Positions 1 through 12,548 are shown, counted from the first letter of the whole stretch. The stretch is DNA of 63,367 nt, filler included, from Globobulimina sp. (GCA_003354225.1; 25 parts of 25 records of this genome joined end to end with filler, not necessarily neighbours in it); one strand, 5' to 3'. Translations and numbers: made by a program. The notes: generated from the sequence alone by a model not told the origin.

Positions 1-195
1 TCACGTTCAAAGTCAATGGTTCCTAAAAAAAAAATAAAAAATAAAAATAAAAAAAAACACAAAAACCATCCAAATCATCCAAACAAGATTTAGATAAAGA
101 ACATAAAGAAGAATCTAAAGAAGAATGTAAAGTAAAATTAAAGAAAAAAAAAATAAAGAAAATAAAAAAAATACGTGAAATGAGAATGATTAAAA

Positions 196-1101
196 GTGAT
201 TTGGGACAAATTAGACAATTGCAACATTTACAAAATCAAAAACAAAAATCAAAATCAAAAACAAAATCAAAATCAAAAACAAAAACGAAGACAAAATCAA
301 AAACGAAATAATATAAATTTATTGCGTTCAACTTCAAATCAAACAGGAACAGAATTCAATGGCTGTCCGAGTCCAACAACAACAACGACCACAACACAAA
401 CACAAACAAAATATTATGAAATCATAAATGACAGTGATTGTTATAATAAATATATTGATAACAAACACTATTATTATCATCGTCAATTTATTGGTATAAA
501 TGCATTGAATGAGTTAAATATCGATATTGCGTCAATAAAGAATCGGTCTTCGCCACCATCGCTTGTCTCATATTTTTCGTCGCAGTCTCGTATAAATCAG
601 AGAAAAAAAAGGGAATTACCCGTCAGGCCGCAAATATATACAATCAAAATAAACAAACGGCCGTTGGGCTTTTTTATAGAAACAAAACAATTAAATACAA
701 TTATTGTGAATGCAGAAAACGAAGAAATAATTCAACAAATCGAAATCACGGACAATGAGAATAAATTTAATAAAGTAAATGCATATATTTCAATGATATC
801 AAAATCAAATCTAAAACAATGGCAAAATATTCTAATTATTGGTTCGCAATTATTGGCAATAAATAATAAAGATATCACTGGCTTTAATTTTAGTAAAATA
901 TTTAAAATATTATCCTCGCAGTCTTTGCCATTTATCATTAAATTGGCAGCTCCCACAAATTGGCAAACACACTCACCGACGTCACCAACACCGCCCTTCG
1001 CTCACCAACACCACCATTATTTTACAGATGGCCCTCGTGGCAGAGGACAAACCATCGACGAATCAAAATTTGGAAGAAAAAAGAAATTTTTACTTTTTTG
1101 A
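196..1101 (+). CDS. Low-complexity protein with PDZ-like domain (5' partial)
   Basis: TIKINKRPLGFFI...IGSQLLAINNKDITGFNFSKIFKILSSQSLPFIIKL follows the PDZ pattern; N/Q/K-rich N-terminus. Confidence 0.5.
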   Translation: MIWDKLDNCNIYKIKNKNQNQKQNQNQKQKRRQNQKRNNINLLRSTSNQTGTEFNGCPSPTTTTTTTQTQTKYYEIINDSDCYNKYIDNKHYYYHRQFIGINALNELNIDIASIKNRSSPPSLVSYFSSQSRINQRKKRELPVRPQIYTIKINKRPLGFFIETKQLNTIIVNAENEEIIQQIEITDNENKFNKVNAYISMISKSNLKQWQNILIIGSQLLAINNKDITGFNFSKIFKILSSQSLPFIIKLAAPTNWQTHSPTSPTPPFAHQHHHYFTDGPRGRGQTIDESKFGRKKKFLLF

Positions 1102-1314
1102 TGTTTTTTAATATTGTTTTTGAATGAACTGTATTTATGTGTCATACTCGATCATGCATCAAGACCGTAAGCAAGAAAAAAAGTCAACGGCATCCTCATC
1201 GCCAACTCTTGGAAGTGAAGTCAAGTGAAAAAAACAGCACTCTGTTAATACCGTCGTGATTCGTGATTAGTGAGTAGTCAGTAGAGAGTTATTTATTAAT
1301 TGAGAGAAGCAAGA

Positions 1315-2441
1315 ATGTCTACAATGGGTGATTTAGATCCTTTGGAAGTATTACGCGAAGATTTAAAAGACGATAATGTCGAAGTCCAATTGGATGCAAT
1401 ACGTGCTTTACCAACAATAAGTTTAGCATTAGGAACAGAGCGAACAGCGATAGATTTATTTGCATGTTTAGATAAATATTGTTTTCCGGTGGAAGTGCAA
1501 GCGGCGAAATCGCCGGAAGCCTACAGCAATACGGACAGTTTGGCGGCAAAGGAAGAAGTGTTGTGCTGCATAGCGAGGCAGTTGGGAGAGTTGGAGTTGA
1601 TAGAATACTGCGGCGGGAGCAAGGCGGCCAGCAAGTACATGTTGCCCTTATTAGAGAAGTTGTCGATGGTGGAAGAGACTGTGATTCGACAGGCCGCCAT
1701 CTCCTCGCTCAACAAAGTGTGCAGGAAATTAAACATCGAAGACGTTCGCAATGTGGGCATGCAAATCTTGGTCAAGTTAGCGGAGGCGGATTGGTTTACG
1801 TCTCGCGTGTCGGCCTCTGCTTTGACGCCCAGCTTATACTCAGTGTTGACCTTCGAAGAGGACAGACGGCAAATCTTGGAGATCCATAAGCGATTATGTT
1901 GCGATGACATGCCAATGGTTAAGAATGACGCCTATAAGAACTTAGTCTCTTTGATCAATAACATGCAGTCTCATCAGTTGATATTAGCGTACACCAAGCC
2001 ACTTTTAGAGAATTTAACCAGTGAGTTGATGGAAAATATGCGGCAATGCATCGTCGACATCACGCTCAAAATTGCCGAGAAGATCGAAGACGAAAAGAAA
2101 CAAGACATCGTACCGCAATTTATCAAAGCCGCCGTGGAAGACGACAGCTGGAGAGTTCGCAAGCATTTATCTGAAGAATTAGCCAAAATCTGCAAATATT
2201 TGGATAATGAGCGCGTGGTGGAACAGGTGTCGCCTTTATATATCAAGTTGTTACAGGACAGCGAGCCTCAAGTACGCAAATCCACCATTTTATCGCTTGA
2301 GGACATATTGTTAGTGTTTTCCGATGGGGGCAACAATGGCAATTTGTTTAGCAAGCCTTTGATCCACGGCCCCATCCAATCGCTAGCGAGTGACAGCGTG
2401 TCGGAGGTCAGGGAGGCGCTCGCCGAACAAATCTCTTTTAT
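1315..2441 (+). CDS. PP2A scaffold (A/PR65) subunit-like HEAT-repeat protein, 3' partial
   Basis: The N-terminus DPLEVLREDLKDDNVEVQLDAIRALPTISLALGTERT parallels PP2A-A; also VEETVIR, WFTSRVSA, DDMPMV, DDSWRVR and LLQDSEPQVR HEAT motifs. Confidence 0.9.
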
Positions 2442-2541
2442 NNNNNNNNNNNNNNNNNNNNNNNNNNNNNNNNNNNNNNNNNNNNTTAATTAATTAANNN
2501 NNNNNNNNNNNNNNNNNNNNNNNNNNNNNNNNNNNNNNNNN
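2442..2541. other. Artificial contig linker N44-TTAATTAATTAA-N44 (first of 24 identical linkers)
   Basis: An identical 100-nt spacer with stops in all six frames recurs about every 2540 nt; contig lengths fall monotonically from 2441 to 2436. Confidence 0.99.
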
Positions 2542-2831
2542 TTATCCACATTATGAATGGCTTCTGAACCATTAAAGTTAAAATAATTTACTATTGATAC
2601 GGTTGGTGGCGAATCGTCTATGGGTTCTGCACTGGTTGTAATTGATGGTTGTGATGTGTCTGATGTTTTAGAATCATCATTGTCTGGATAACCATTCATG
2701 ATGCAAAATCAATGGAATTCGAGATATTTGGTTTCTTTAATGAGCAATAAATGAGGAAGTATTGTTAGTGTAGGATGACTGCTTACTTCAAGAAAATCTT
2801 AATATCAGTGTAGTGTAATTATGCGTTGATA

Positions 2832-3464
2832 ATGGCTGCTGACATAACACAAAAATCTGGTGCAATTACAATAATTATATTGACCTCCATATATCTCTTA
2901 ATTTTGACACCAGTTTCTTTATATTTATCGCGGACATTATGGCAGTTAAATGCACAAAATATACCATTCATTAGCAAGCGTCATGCGAAAGTAGCAATTT
3001 TTAGCATTGTATTATTAAATATATATCCAACAATTATCAGACCCATCACAGATTTAACACGATTGCATGACGGACCTGGCAAAGCGAGCAGACTTCAAAA
3101 TGTTTTCCTTCAATCTATACAATTTCCAGCTGCACTCATTTGCGTCAGATTGTGGTTATTATATTTTGATTATACCTCAGGTCAGAATTAATGCATTTTG
3201 TGCAAAACCTCAGAATCTATTCAAATACAATTGTTTTTTTCTACAGAATTGCAAAGATTGAAACGGAAATGGAAATCACAAATCACTAAAGAACAAAATG
3301 CCATCCACTGGACAGCTAGATATCGATGGATGGGAAATTCGAAAATACTCTCACTGATTGCAATTGTTTTTGCTGTCATCCTGTTGGCAGTCATCGTGTT
3401 AAGTAATTTCAAAGTTTTGTCATTAAAAATGCGAGTTTACAGTAATATATATGCAGCATTGTAG
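2832..3464 (+). CDS. N-terminal fragment of a 7TM(-RGS)-family membrane protein, spliced
   Basis: GT-AG intron 3181-3246 joins YTS|ELQRLKRKW in frame. Motifs (ISKRH, IRP, RLWLLYF, KWK, MGN) match the 7TM part of 56136..57638. The gene is not traceable past about 3500. Confidence 0.6.
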
Positions 3465-3769
3465 CAGATGAACATATTACTTACTTTCAGACATTCCCCG
3501 CAGTATAACATATTACTTACTTAATCGTGTATAATATCTATTGTTTTATTGATTGGATACAAATCGATGTCTATAGCAAAAATAGATTGGCGTCTTCATT
3601 CAAACATGATTTTCTTTGCAAACAATATTACATTGGTTGATAATATGGATCATATCGTTTCCAGTATACCTATATCCACAGAGCCATGTGATGCCGGTGA
3701 TAAATACCGCATAAAGGGCGGAATACCACACTCAAATGACTCAATATTACGTGCACGTACTAACAAACT

Positions 3770-4379
3770 ATGTTTTATTATGATGGATCATATGATGATT
3801 ATTTTGATATCTATGACAATTTTGGTAAAATAGAAGAATTATTTGAGAAAGTTAAGCATGGCACTGAGAAATACAAAAGCAATGCAAAAAATGGCAAGGA
3901 AAAATATCGTGTCACTTATGATGCAGATGATGCACCGAATATATTCAGATTTGTAAAACAAGAGGCGATGAATTGGGGTTGTACTGGTTATACTGTTAAG
4001 CCTATGTTTAATTATAATTAATGTGAAGTAAACACCAGTATTTGTTTAGGACATTTATGTGATTACAATTGATTTGTTGACTCATACGTATGATGGTGGA
4101 GATGCAGGTGTTGTTGCAGATAAATCTGTTGATTTGGATTATTTATTTCCAGTTAAACATGATTCTCTGTCAGATTGGTTTCCGCATTGGAACAAGAAAG
4201 GATGGAATGGAGAAACTTTGAATAGAGACACTATCCCTATTCCTGCTAAACCTCATGAATTGAGTGAACTGGCATATCCAAACCATATGATACCTGACAA
4301 AGCTCACGCTAACTTGACATGCACGTTTAATGTAAAAAGAAATAGAAAATATTCTGTGCAATATGAACAAGCAATTTGA
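3770..4379 (+). CDS. Hypothetical protein, spliced
   Basis: Putative intron 3995-4049 joins ORF 3770 (..GYT) to DIYVITIDLL.. in frame; upstream ORF 3549 may be frameshifted into it. No family recognised. Confidence 0.4.
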
Positions 4380-5082
4380 TGCAAAAGTAAAACCACTTCT
4401 AAAAAGTCCTTCATGTTCAAAAATTAAGTTTTGGTTTTTCAGATTTCAATTCGGATTTTGACCGTTTGAATGGTGATTCTTTTGGTCGTATTTCTAATGA
4501 CGATTTCGACTGTTTAAATGTTGATAATTTTGGCTGTTTAATTAATGTGTACGTGAATTTGGCCGTGTTAATATAATAATTCCGACCTTTTGAGATAAAA
4601 ATAACAATATGTTAAAGCATTTTATCATTTTGATGAACGAACTGAATTGAAAGAGACAAAGAAAGAAAAGAAAGAAAGAAAAGAAAGAAAAAAAAATATT
4701 GGCCTTTTCCCAGATTTGAGAAATTTTATATCGATTTAAATCTGTTAAATCTATCGGAATGTGCTGTTCACATTATATATAAAAAAAAAATGAAGTCACA
4801 CATAAAATTGAGATTCAAAGGGGTAAATTGCAAACTATAATATATAATGTTTGAAATGAAAAGAAAAATTCGTAAAAAAAATAAATAAATGTAAAAAAAA
4901 GAAGTGGTTATTATACGAAAACAAAGGCGCTTTGTTTGCAAATAAAACAATTTTTTACATCGTATAAATCATAAATAAATTGNNNNNNNNNNNNNNNNNN
5001 NNNNNNNNNNNNNNNNNNNNNNNNNNTTAATTAATTAANNNNNNNNNNNNNNNNNNNNNNNNNNNNNNNNNNNNNNNNNNNN

Positions 5083-6198
5083 GTGCTGTGTCTCTGTGCT
5101 TAACCTCATCAATATGGCCATTTGCTGTTGTCTTATGTTTAGGTGTTGTATGGGTCAAACCATTGTATCCATCAACAAGAACAAAACTAATATTATTTGT
5201 AATGTTAACAGCAAAATTCACATTATTGTCTGCATTCTCTGATGCAATAATGATATATTCCACATATGTGGATGTTAAATATGACGATGTTGAAATTCAA
5301 ATCACAACCAGTCCCGGCGCATCCTTTGGTGTCTATGTTTTCACAAATCTTTTTGTCACGGTATTAGCTGCTGTGTTTTTCATATTTGACCAATTGTATT
5401 GTTATACTGCTGAGAATAAGAAGTATACAGAGAATAAACATGCGTCATTTAGAATATTAGCATTCGAATATAAACCGAAATCATATTTAAGTGTTGTTAT
5501 ATTATCATTGTTTTGTACATTGATTGTGTGCAATACCTGGCTGTTACTCGAATCGTGGTATACTGTCGCACTGCGACTGAACATGAAAGGAGTATTATCT
5601 TTGATATTAACAGACGTAGACAAGGTTCGGTCGTACAGTTTAATTCAGATTCCATCGCAAATATTAGATACTGCACAGAAAGGTATATGTAATACATTCA
5701 TTGAACTCTTGTTGGTATATTAGAAAGAAACAAAAACAAAAAGGGGATGCAACAACGCTGAGTTTAGTGTTTGCGTATACCGGAAGCACCATTGTGTCAT
5801 CCATGGCATTGCAATTTGGAATGTTGGTTATATGGTTTATGCCGGTATATGGTTTAAAATATTTTGGGTGGTTGGTTAAGTTTTTACTGGTTGGACAATC
5901 AGTAAATTGTTTTGAGCTATATTTTGTTTCTTGTTTTTTATCGGCAGTGGAAATTGATTTATTTACCAAATGGGAAATAAGCAATGTAGAATTACCGAAG
6001 GAATGCGCTGATAATGATATGGTGCCACAATTATTTGGTTCATGTTTTTATGTGGCTGGTTATTTTAATGTATCCGGCATGCTTTTGGTTGCTGCGGTTA
6101 TTGTAATTCATTGGTTTACATTATATTATACTGTATACACTGCGCAGAAAAGTGGTGTCACTGTCATTCAATTCGGTGCTAAAAAACATAATATGTAA
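5083..6198 (+). CDS. Multi-pass membrane protein with two PqiA-like domains (5' partial)
   Basis: SIWPFAVV..W..P...R.KL..LTAKFTLL and NCFELYFVSCFLSAVEI..CFYVAG resemble tandem PqiA-type domains. Probable intron 5683-5723 plus a 1-nt indel in an A-run. Confidence 0.5.
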
Positions 6199-6411
6199 CT
6201 TTTATAAATATTGTAAATATGTAATTTTAATATTGTCAACAAAGTGCTTTCGATATGTCATCTTTGGATCTAACCGTCTTTATACATGTTTTTTGTCACA
6301 CATTATGATTAATGTTTTTTGTCACAAGTTACTTTCTTCTCAAATCTTTTCCTTTGTGCCACTTTATTCTTTATAAATTCTGACCGAAAGGAATCGATTA
6401 TTTATTTAACA

Positions 6412-7431
6412 ATGAGACAAGCAACATTTGAATTCTCCAACACAAAGGGTCCATCCAAGCCGCCATTGCCAAACCCATTAAACTTATTATCATCAATTCC
6501 GAACTCCGCAATTAACTCCGCGCAATTTGCGTCAATTGCAAATGTAGCATTGCAAAATATCATATCAACCCCTCCACCTTCACTCCCTCAATTATTACAT
6601 TCGCAGCCAAATCCGTATATTTGCAATACGAATTTCAAGCTACCTCCTGGTTTACCCATACCTTTACCGCTAATGCAACAACAATTTATCGCTGCCACAT
6701 CAATACCAAACACCATGTCATCGGTTGGCAATTCATCAGCCAATGTCTCTCCAATTCCAAATACAATAATAAATCCAATGCAAATTCCACTTGCTTCTCA
6801 ATTCCTTCTCAAATCAAATACAAATAATTTTAGTAATAATATCAATACTCTTCACAACATTAACATAAATAATATAAATATCGGTGGAATCGGTGCACCA
6901 ACAAAAACGACAAAACTTACTGCCTCGAAATCAAGGAAAAGAGGAAAACGCGGAGGCTCCAAAAAGAAAGAAATCACCAAAGACGCAGGAATTCGAAATG
7001 TAAATTTGAAAGAAACAAATGTTACAAAACGGAATTTGATAAATGCGATAGAATTAGAACGAAGGAATCATGAATTAACGAGGCTGCGGTTATGCCAATT
7101 ACACCAACATTATGGCGAAATGTTGGTAAATTTGAAAAAAGAAAGTGTGGGCTTAAAAAATAAAGTAATCGTTTTGAAAAATGGTCCAACACAAAAGGAT
7201 TTGGAAGCGATTTTAAAACAGAAACAAAGTCTGAGAGATGATTATTTGCGGAAAAGATCAATTCGAGTAAAAGACGAACAGCAATTAAAGCAAACAAATA
7301 AAGAAAATCAAAAATTGGTTATTATTATACATTATCTTAAACAGCAAATGGATGCTTTGTTAGTTCAATATCAGTCTTTATGTCAAATGCAGGTCTGTCT
7401 ATTTCAGAGAGTTGCAGAATATTTTGAATAA
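6412..7431 (+). CDS. Hypothetical P/N-rich, basic and coiled-coil protein
   Basis: Long ORF with a basic patch KSRKRGKRGGSKKK and a heptad-like C-terminus. Confidence 0.6.
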   Translation: MRQATFEFSNTKGPSKPPLPNPLNLLSSIPNSAINSAQFASIANVALQNIISTPPPSLPQLLHSQPNPYICNTNFKLPPGLPIPLPLMQQQFIAATSIPNTMSSVGNSSANVSPIPNTIINPMQIPLASQFLLKSNTNNFSNNINTLHNININNINIGGIGAPTKTTKLTASKSRKRGKRGGSKKKEITKDAGIRNVNLKETNVTKRNLINAIELERRNHELTRLRLCQLHQHYGEMLVNLKKESVGLKNKVIVLKNGPTQKDLEAILKQKQSLRDDYLRKRSIRVKDEQQLKQTNKENQKLVIIIHYLKQQMDALLVQYQSLCQMQVCLFQRVAEYFE

Positions 7432-7623
7432 TAAGCAAAAACATTTGAAAATGAATAGGCAAACAGTTCGAAACATAATCAATATTCTGATGCTCAAAGA
7501 ATTGTAAATAATATGGATTCATTNNNNNNNNNNNNNNNNNNNNNNNNNNNNNNNNNNNNNNNNNNNNTTAATTAATTAANNNNNNNNNNNNNNNNNNNNN
7601 NNNNNNNNNNNNNNNNNNNNNNN

Positions 7624-9077
7624 GAAAGCATATATATTGAGAGCAGTTGAATTTTTTAAAAATGATCCATTAACACCGCGAGATGCGAAAGGTAATAAAA
7701 TTATACAATGGAAATTAATTTTGAATAAAATGTTTAAAAAAGCAATGAGCGAAAAGAATTTAAACGCAGATAAAACAATTAAATCGAATAAAATTAAATC
7801 AATGAAAACAAGAATAAAAGCATGGAATTGGAAAGTTATTGCTGTTAATTATGTGGTGAATCCATCTGGAAACAGAAGTGGTGGCGGCGCAGTTGATGAC
7901 ATTCCCAGCGATGTACAAAATAAAGTGTATAAATTATTGGATGAGTTATCAGCAGATAAAAACAAAGATATTTATTTTCATTCTATATGGGATTTATTGA
8001 ATTGATATAACAAATGATTTTGGCGGTTATAAGGTCTTTTCAAATGCAAAAAATAAGGCAGAATATGAGCGGAGACAACAACAAAAACGAGAAAAAAATG
8101 CAGCCGAACAAAGTTAAGATGTCCTAACACAAAACATATATAAACAGATAATTTTTTATGTACAAACAGATAATGATAACACTGTAGATATTGTACAGGC
8201 AGAGGAGGAAAAAAAAGAAGAAGAAGAAGAGTCAAAGCAAGCGATGGATATTGATAGCAATATTATGGCATATTTCAAATTAATAAATGAGGATTTTATT
8301 GAGGATTTTATTGAGGAAAATGTGGCAAACAACAATGTGGAGTTAGAAAATGAGAATTTATCGGATGTTGATGTGGATATAAAATGTATTTTAATTGATA
8401 GGAATAAAGTAAATCGATATAAAAAGAAATATAATATTTGCAAATCGACAAGTAAATATTCAACATTTTATAAAATGAATGATGTATTGGCGAGGATACT
8501 GAAATCCGTTGTTATTTCAATTGCGATACGGCGAGTTTTGCCAATCGATTATATTGGCAACAAGGACCAAGCAATGATATTTTCTCATTCGGAGAGATTG
8601 GTTAAATATTGCACGAAAGAGAAAAGAAAGCAAAGTGGCAAAAAAAAGATGCAAAGTGATCGGGTTACATTTACACACAGCCCGCATATCTTAATAAATA
8701 CAAAAACGAATGAAGGTATTTTTGGTGTTTGTACATCGCTTGTTTGTCATTTGTTTGTTTGTTTTTTCTAAGGTGTGAACGGTGAGTCGTTAGTCATAAT
8801 ACCAGTGACTACAAAAGACGGCAAACCAACAAAAGAATTGATACGTAAATTAGGAGAACAAGGTTTAAAATTTGGATTAAATCCAAACGTTGGTCAGAAT
8901 GGGATGAGAATTGTTTGTAGTTATAATGGATGGGAACAGGAACATAATTTAAAAGCAGATTGGAAAGGCATTGCGAAGTTCCCGAGACAATTATCAGTAA
9001 CAGATGGTTGGTCATTATTTAAATATTCACAGTACATTGACGCCTTATTAGATCATAAAGTTTGGCCTCGTATGTGA
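7624..9077 (+). mobile_element. Pogo/Tigger-like (DDE_1) transposase, intron-containing, partial or degenerate
   Basis: HTH-like IKAW..RSGGG..P.DVQNKVY; IGNKDQ (cf. pogo IGNMDET), DRVTFT, NGW, LSVTDGW. Intron 8716-8772 removes a stop and gives NE|GVNG in frame. The third catalytic Asp region is absent. Confidence 0.65.
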
Positions 9078-9120
9078 ATGCATTCTTTTTTCCCTTTTTT
9101 ATGTTGCAAACTAAAAGCAG

Positions 9121-9190
9121 CAGAGTACTTTTTATGCGATATTGCGTCAAACACAAACCGTCAGAGTACTTTGTATGCGATATCGCGTCA
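9121..9190. repeat. 29-bp direct repeat, 41-bp period
   Basis: cagagtactttttatgcgatattgcgtca and cagagtactttgtatgcgatatcgcgtca (2 mismatches). Confidence 0.85.
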
Positions 9191-9371
9191 GTCCAAACCA
9201 GCACAGTTTATTTTATGTTTGAATTATGAATTTTTGTATTTTGTTGAGATAACTTTTGTGTATGTTAGACTTTGAGAACTGAAGTAACTTTAACATCAAC
9301 AAAACTACTTAGTTATACAAGCTGAAGGTCTTTCCGGGGCAATTGGTCCGTTGGATATCCAACGACAACAT

Positions 9372-9941
9372 ATGGATAAGCAGCAAATAAATAAACAACA
9401 AATAAAACACAGATTAGATAAATCAGTAAACATTTTAGAGAAACAAACAAAAAACGGAAACGCAAAAGCAGCACCGATATATGTACAATGCAAATTTATT
9501 GCCAATATGTTGGATGAATACACAAACAACACTCAAAAATATTCCACTCCCAATTCATTTCATAATTCATGGATTGCATTGGATCCATATGCACCAACCG
9601 AGAAAGATAAACTATGTGGTATGCAATTATTAGACAAATCATATGGTAAAGGCACAGAAAATATGCGTTCATTAAATAGATTAGATTTCAATCCATTAAA
9701 AATGGATTTTATGCAATTAATTGATTATGTGACTGAAAATAAAGTGCATCAAAGATTATTAAACGGTGCCAAGGTGCATGACACAGGCAAATCAACCAAC
9801 AGTTATAGTTTGTTAGAAATAGAATCGTGGGAAAACGCAATCGCGTCTGGGTGCCATATATTTAATAGAAGCGACTTATCCTCACTCAAAGCGACTCCCA
9901 AAACATGGGGGTTCGCTTACAACGAACACTACAGTATATGA
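9372..9941 (+). CDS. Hypothetical protein
   Basis: About 190-codon open frame in AT-rich DNA; no motif recognised. Confidence 0.45.
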   Translation: MDKQQINKQQIKHRLDKSVNILEKQTKNGNAKAAPIYVQCKFIANMLDEYTNNTQKYSTPNSFHNSWIALDPYAPTEKDKLCGMQLLDKSYGKGTENMRSLNRLDFNPLKMDFMQLIDYVTENKVHQRLLNGAKVHDTGKSTNSYSLLEIESWENAIASGCHIFNRSDLSSLKATPKTWGFAYNEHYSI

Positions 9942-10247
9942 TAGGAAAGAATAAAATAGAGCTTAAAAGCTTAGTTAAAGCAATAGGAGCACTTTAATAC
10001 GATATGTAACCGTAGAGAATACGATATGATATATTATGGAAAATAAACACCGAGCGAAGCGAGGNNNNNNNNNNNNNNNNNNNNNNNNNNNNNNNNNNNN
10101 NNNNNNNNTTAATTAATTAANNNNNNNNNNNNNNNNNNNNNNNNNNNNNNNNNNNNNNNNNNNNCCAGTTAATGTTTTCCGAACATGGAGTTTAATATGT
10201 TTGTTTGTTATAGTTTTTTATTGCTAAGTGACGTCAGTTGAGTGGTA

Positions 10248-11090
10248 ATGGCAATCGACTACGAGAAGATCTGCGATGAATGGATGGTATACATCTCAAC
10301 CTTAGATTTAGAATCACGTAAAGCCAAATTTAAAGAATACTTGGAAGCCTCTGGCGTCTACGATTTAGATAGCTCGACCATATTTTATCTATCCGAGTAC
10401 AACAACTTCCTCACCGAAGGCATCACGACTTTGTTACACGACAAAGCGCAGCAGGCCAAGAAATCCGGTAAAGGCTTAGCTCATTACAGACACACTTCGT
10501 TCGCCTTAAGCAAGCCAGATGCGATGAACATAGTTCATGAGTATATCCATAAGAAAGTGTTGTTGCACACGGAAATGGTGAACAATAACCTCACCAAAAT
10601 GCCCAATACCTTCCCCTGGTCGTTTTTATTCAACATCCCCGAATACGTAAACAATGAGAAATTATTGACCGACAAAGAAATCCCTTCCTTACCGCACGCA
10701 AAGCACACTCCTAAATCTGTCATGACCTCAGAATTGGAAGAAACGCTCAATACGCAAGTGGACGATGAGGAGGAATATTCGTCTGACCCCTTTGACATCG
10801 ACGTCGATGATAAGCAGCAAAGCATTGATAAGCAGCAAATCATCGAACAGTTGAAACATACATTGATCAGCAAACCATTGAAGGAATACAGTCCCGATCC
10901 ATACGATATCGATGAAAATATACAACAATATACGCCCGAACCTGATGCTTTGTTATCAAACGAACCCATCACGTTCGCTGGCATCAAAGTTAATATATAC
11001 ATAACCTACACATATATGCGCATAATCGTAATGTTTTTGTGTACAAAAATGATATCCAAAGCACGGCAGCGTCCAAATAAATGGACATAG
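10248..11090 (+). CDS. Hypothetical protein with duplicated EYSxDP(F/Y)DID motif
   Basis: Long ORF containing EYSSDPFDID and EYSPDPYDID; the 3' end probably runs into an intron near 10989. Confidence 0.5.
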   Translation: MAIDYEKICDEWMVYISTLDLESRKAKFKEYLEASGVYDLDSSTIFYLSEYNNFLTEGITTLLHDKAQQAKKSGKGLAHYRHTSFALSKPDAMNIVHEYIHKKVLLHTEMVNNNLTKMPNTFPWSFLFNIPEYVNNEKLLTDKEIPSLPHAKHTPKSVMTSELEETLNTQVDDEEEYSSDPFDIDVDDKQQSIDKQQIIEQLKHTLISKPLKEYSPDPYDIDENIQQYTPEPDALLSNEPITFAGIKVNIYITYTYMRIIVMFLCTKMISKARQRPNKWT

Positions 11091-11091
11091 C

Positions 11092-12548
11092 ATGTCCGCG
11101 ACGACTATAATAGGCGGCGGTGGCTCTGGAGGCGGTGTTGGTGCACGGACTGGCCACGAAGGCTCGGCATCGGTGGCGAAATTGCAACAGTTGCAGGGCA
11201 GCACTTATTTGGATTCATGGAGCAAAAATAAATCAAAATTGGTGGCAAACGCGAAAAAAAGCACTGAGAGTGAGAGCAAAAGTGATTATAAAACAGAGCG
11301 AGAGCGGGAAACTATTGTAATTAAAAGAAAAGTGGATCTCAATGAGAGTGAGCTTGAACAGGAACAGCGAGAGCACGGCGATGAGACTCCCAATCACCGC
11401 AAAGCAGGCAGTACCATACAAGGCGGATATTGGAAGAGTCAGACTTCTGAGAAATTGGTGCATTTATTGAACGATGCGCAGGAGCATCGGGATGAAATTG
11501 TAAATAATATGCAAAGTATGAACGAGAATATTCTGAATGTTGTGAAGATGCAGCAAAAGCAAGGCATGATGGACGATATGAAAACGTTTTTGGAGCAGCA
11601 AAACTCGGCAATTATAAAAGTTATAAAGGAGGCGAATGCGGCGAATGATGGGGAAATGGAGGCAAATAATGAGAGGACACTCGGATTTGAGCAGAAAATG
11701 GATGCAAATAATAAGAAATATGAGGCCAAGATATTAGATTTGGAAAATAGGCTAAAAGCGTTTGAAAATGAGGTGAAAATGAAAAATAATTTAATCAGTC
11801 AGCAGGCGTTAAATCTGAAAGAGTTTGAAATGAATGTAAATAATAATAAGGATATGCAGCAGATTAAAATTGAGATTATGAAGGAAATGCAATCAGAATT
11901 TGAGACATTTAATGCAAAAAAGAACCACGAAGCAAAAGAAAAGGAAAAGAAGTCAGTGTTTAGCAACGAAAAGATAATGGATATCGTGGATAAAACGGAT
12001 GAGATATTGACGAAATTGAGTGCAATCTCCAAATATCAACAACAGTTAAAACAGCAATATACGTTTATCAACGAAGGGATTGACGGCGTTAATGATTCGA
12101 ATGAGAAATATTACAATCAAACCGTGAGGAAAATGAATGATTTTAATCACAAAATGAGCGAAAATATAAACGATATCCGCATAGATCAGAAAACAAATAA
12201 TAACAACCACAGCCATGCGAGTAATAATAATAATAACATTGTGGTGACTGAAATGGTCAAAGTAACTAATTTAGCCTCGCAATTGACGCAAGATATGGGC
12301 GCCGCCTCCATGTTGTCTGTGATGCGCAATGAATATAATAATGTGCGTAAGGAAAAGGAGGAGATGCGAGGTGAGGTGGAAAGGTATCGGAGAGAGAATG
12401 AATGCTATCATTAAGGAAACAGGAATTGGAAGAAGAAGCTATCAATGTTCGAGAATCGAAGCGGAGAACAATCAAGAATTTAGTGGATGAAATCAATGAA
12501 ATGCGAGACCAAATATTCAGGCTATCCAAGCGAAATCAATTGAAATAA
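11092..12548 (+). CDS. Coiled-coil protein (1-nt frameshift near 12402)
   Basis: 440-aa E/K/N-rich ORF; adding one A at GAATG extends it with MLSLRKQELEEEAINVRESKRR...NQLK*. Confidence 0.75.

Noticed and set aside
1479-1910. Overlapping alternative-frame and antisense ORFs (also at 46168-47136 and 59709-60029)
   Set aside because: Shadows of GC-richer real genes with no independent motifs.
2486-2497. Regularly spaced TTAATTAATTAA as a biological repeat or chromosome-breakage signal
   Set aside because: Always centred in exactly 44+44 Ns; an artificial six-frame-stop linker.
12395-12414. Programmed frameshift or alternative genetic code
   Set aside because: Breaks are explained by introns or 1-nt homopolymer indels; TAA, TAG and TGA all end genes normally.
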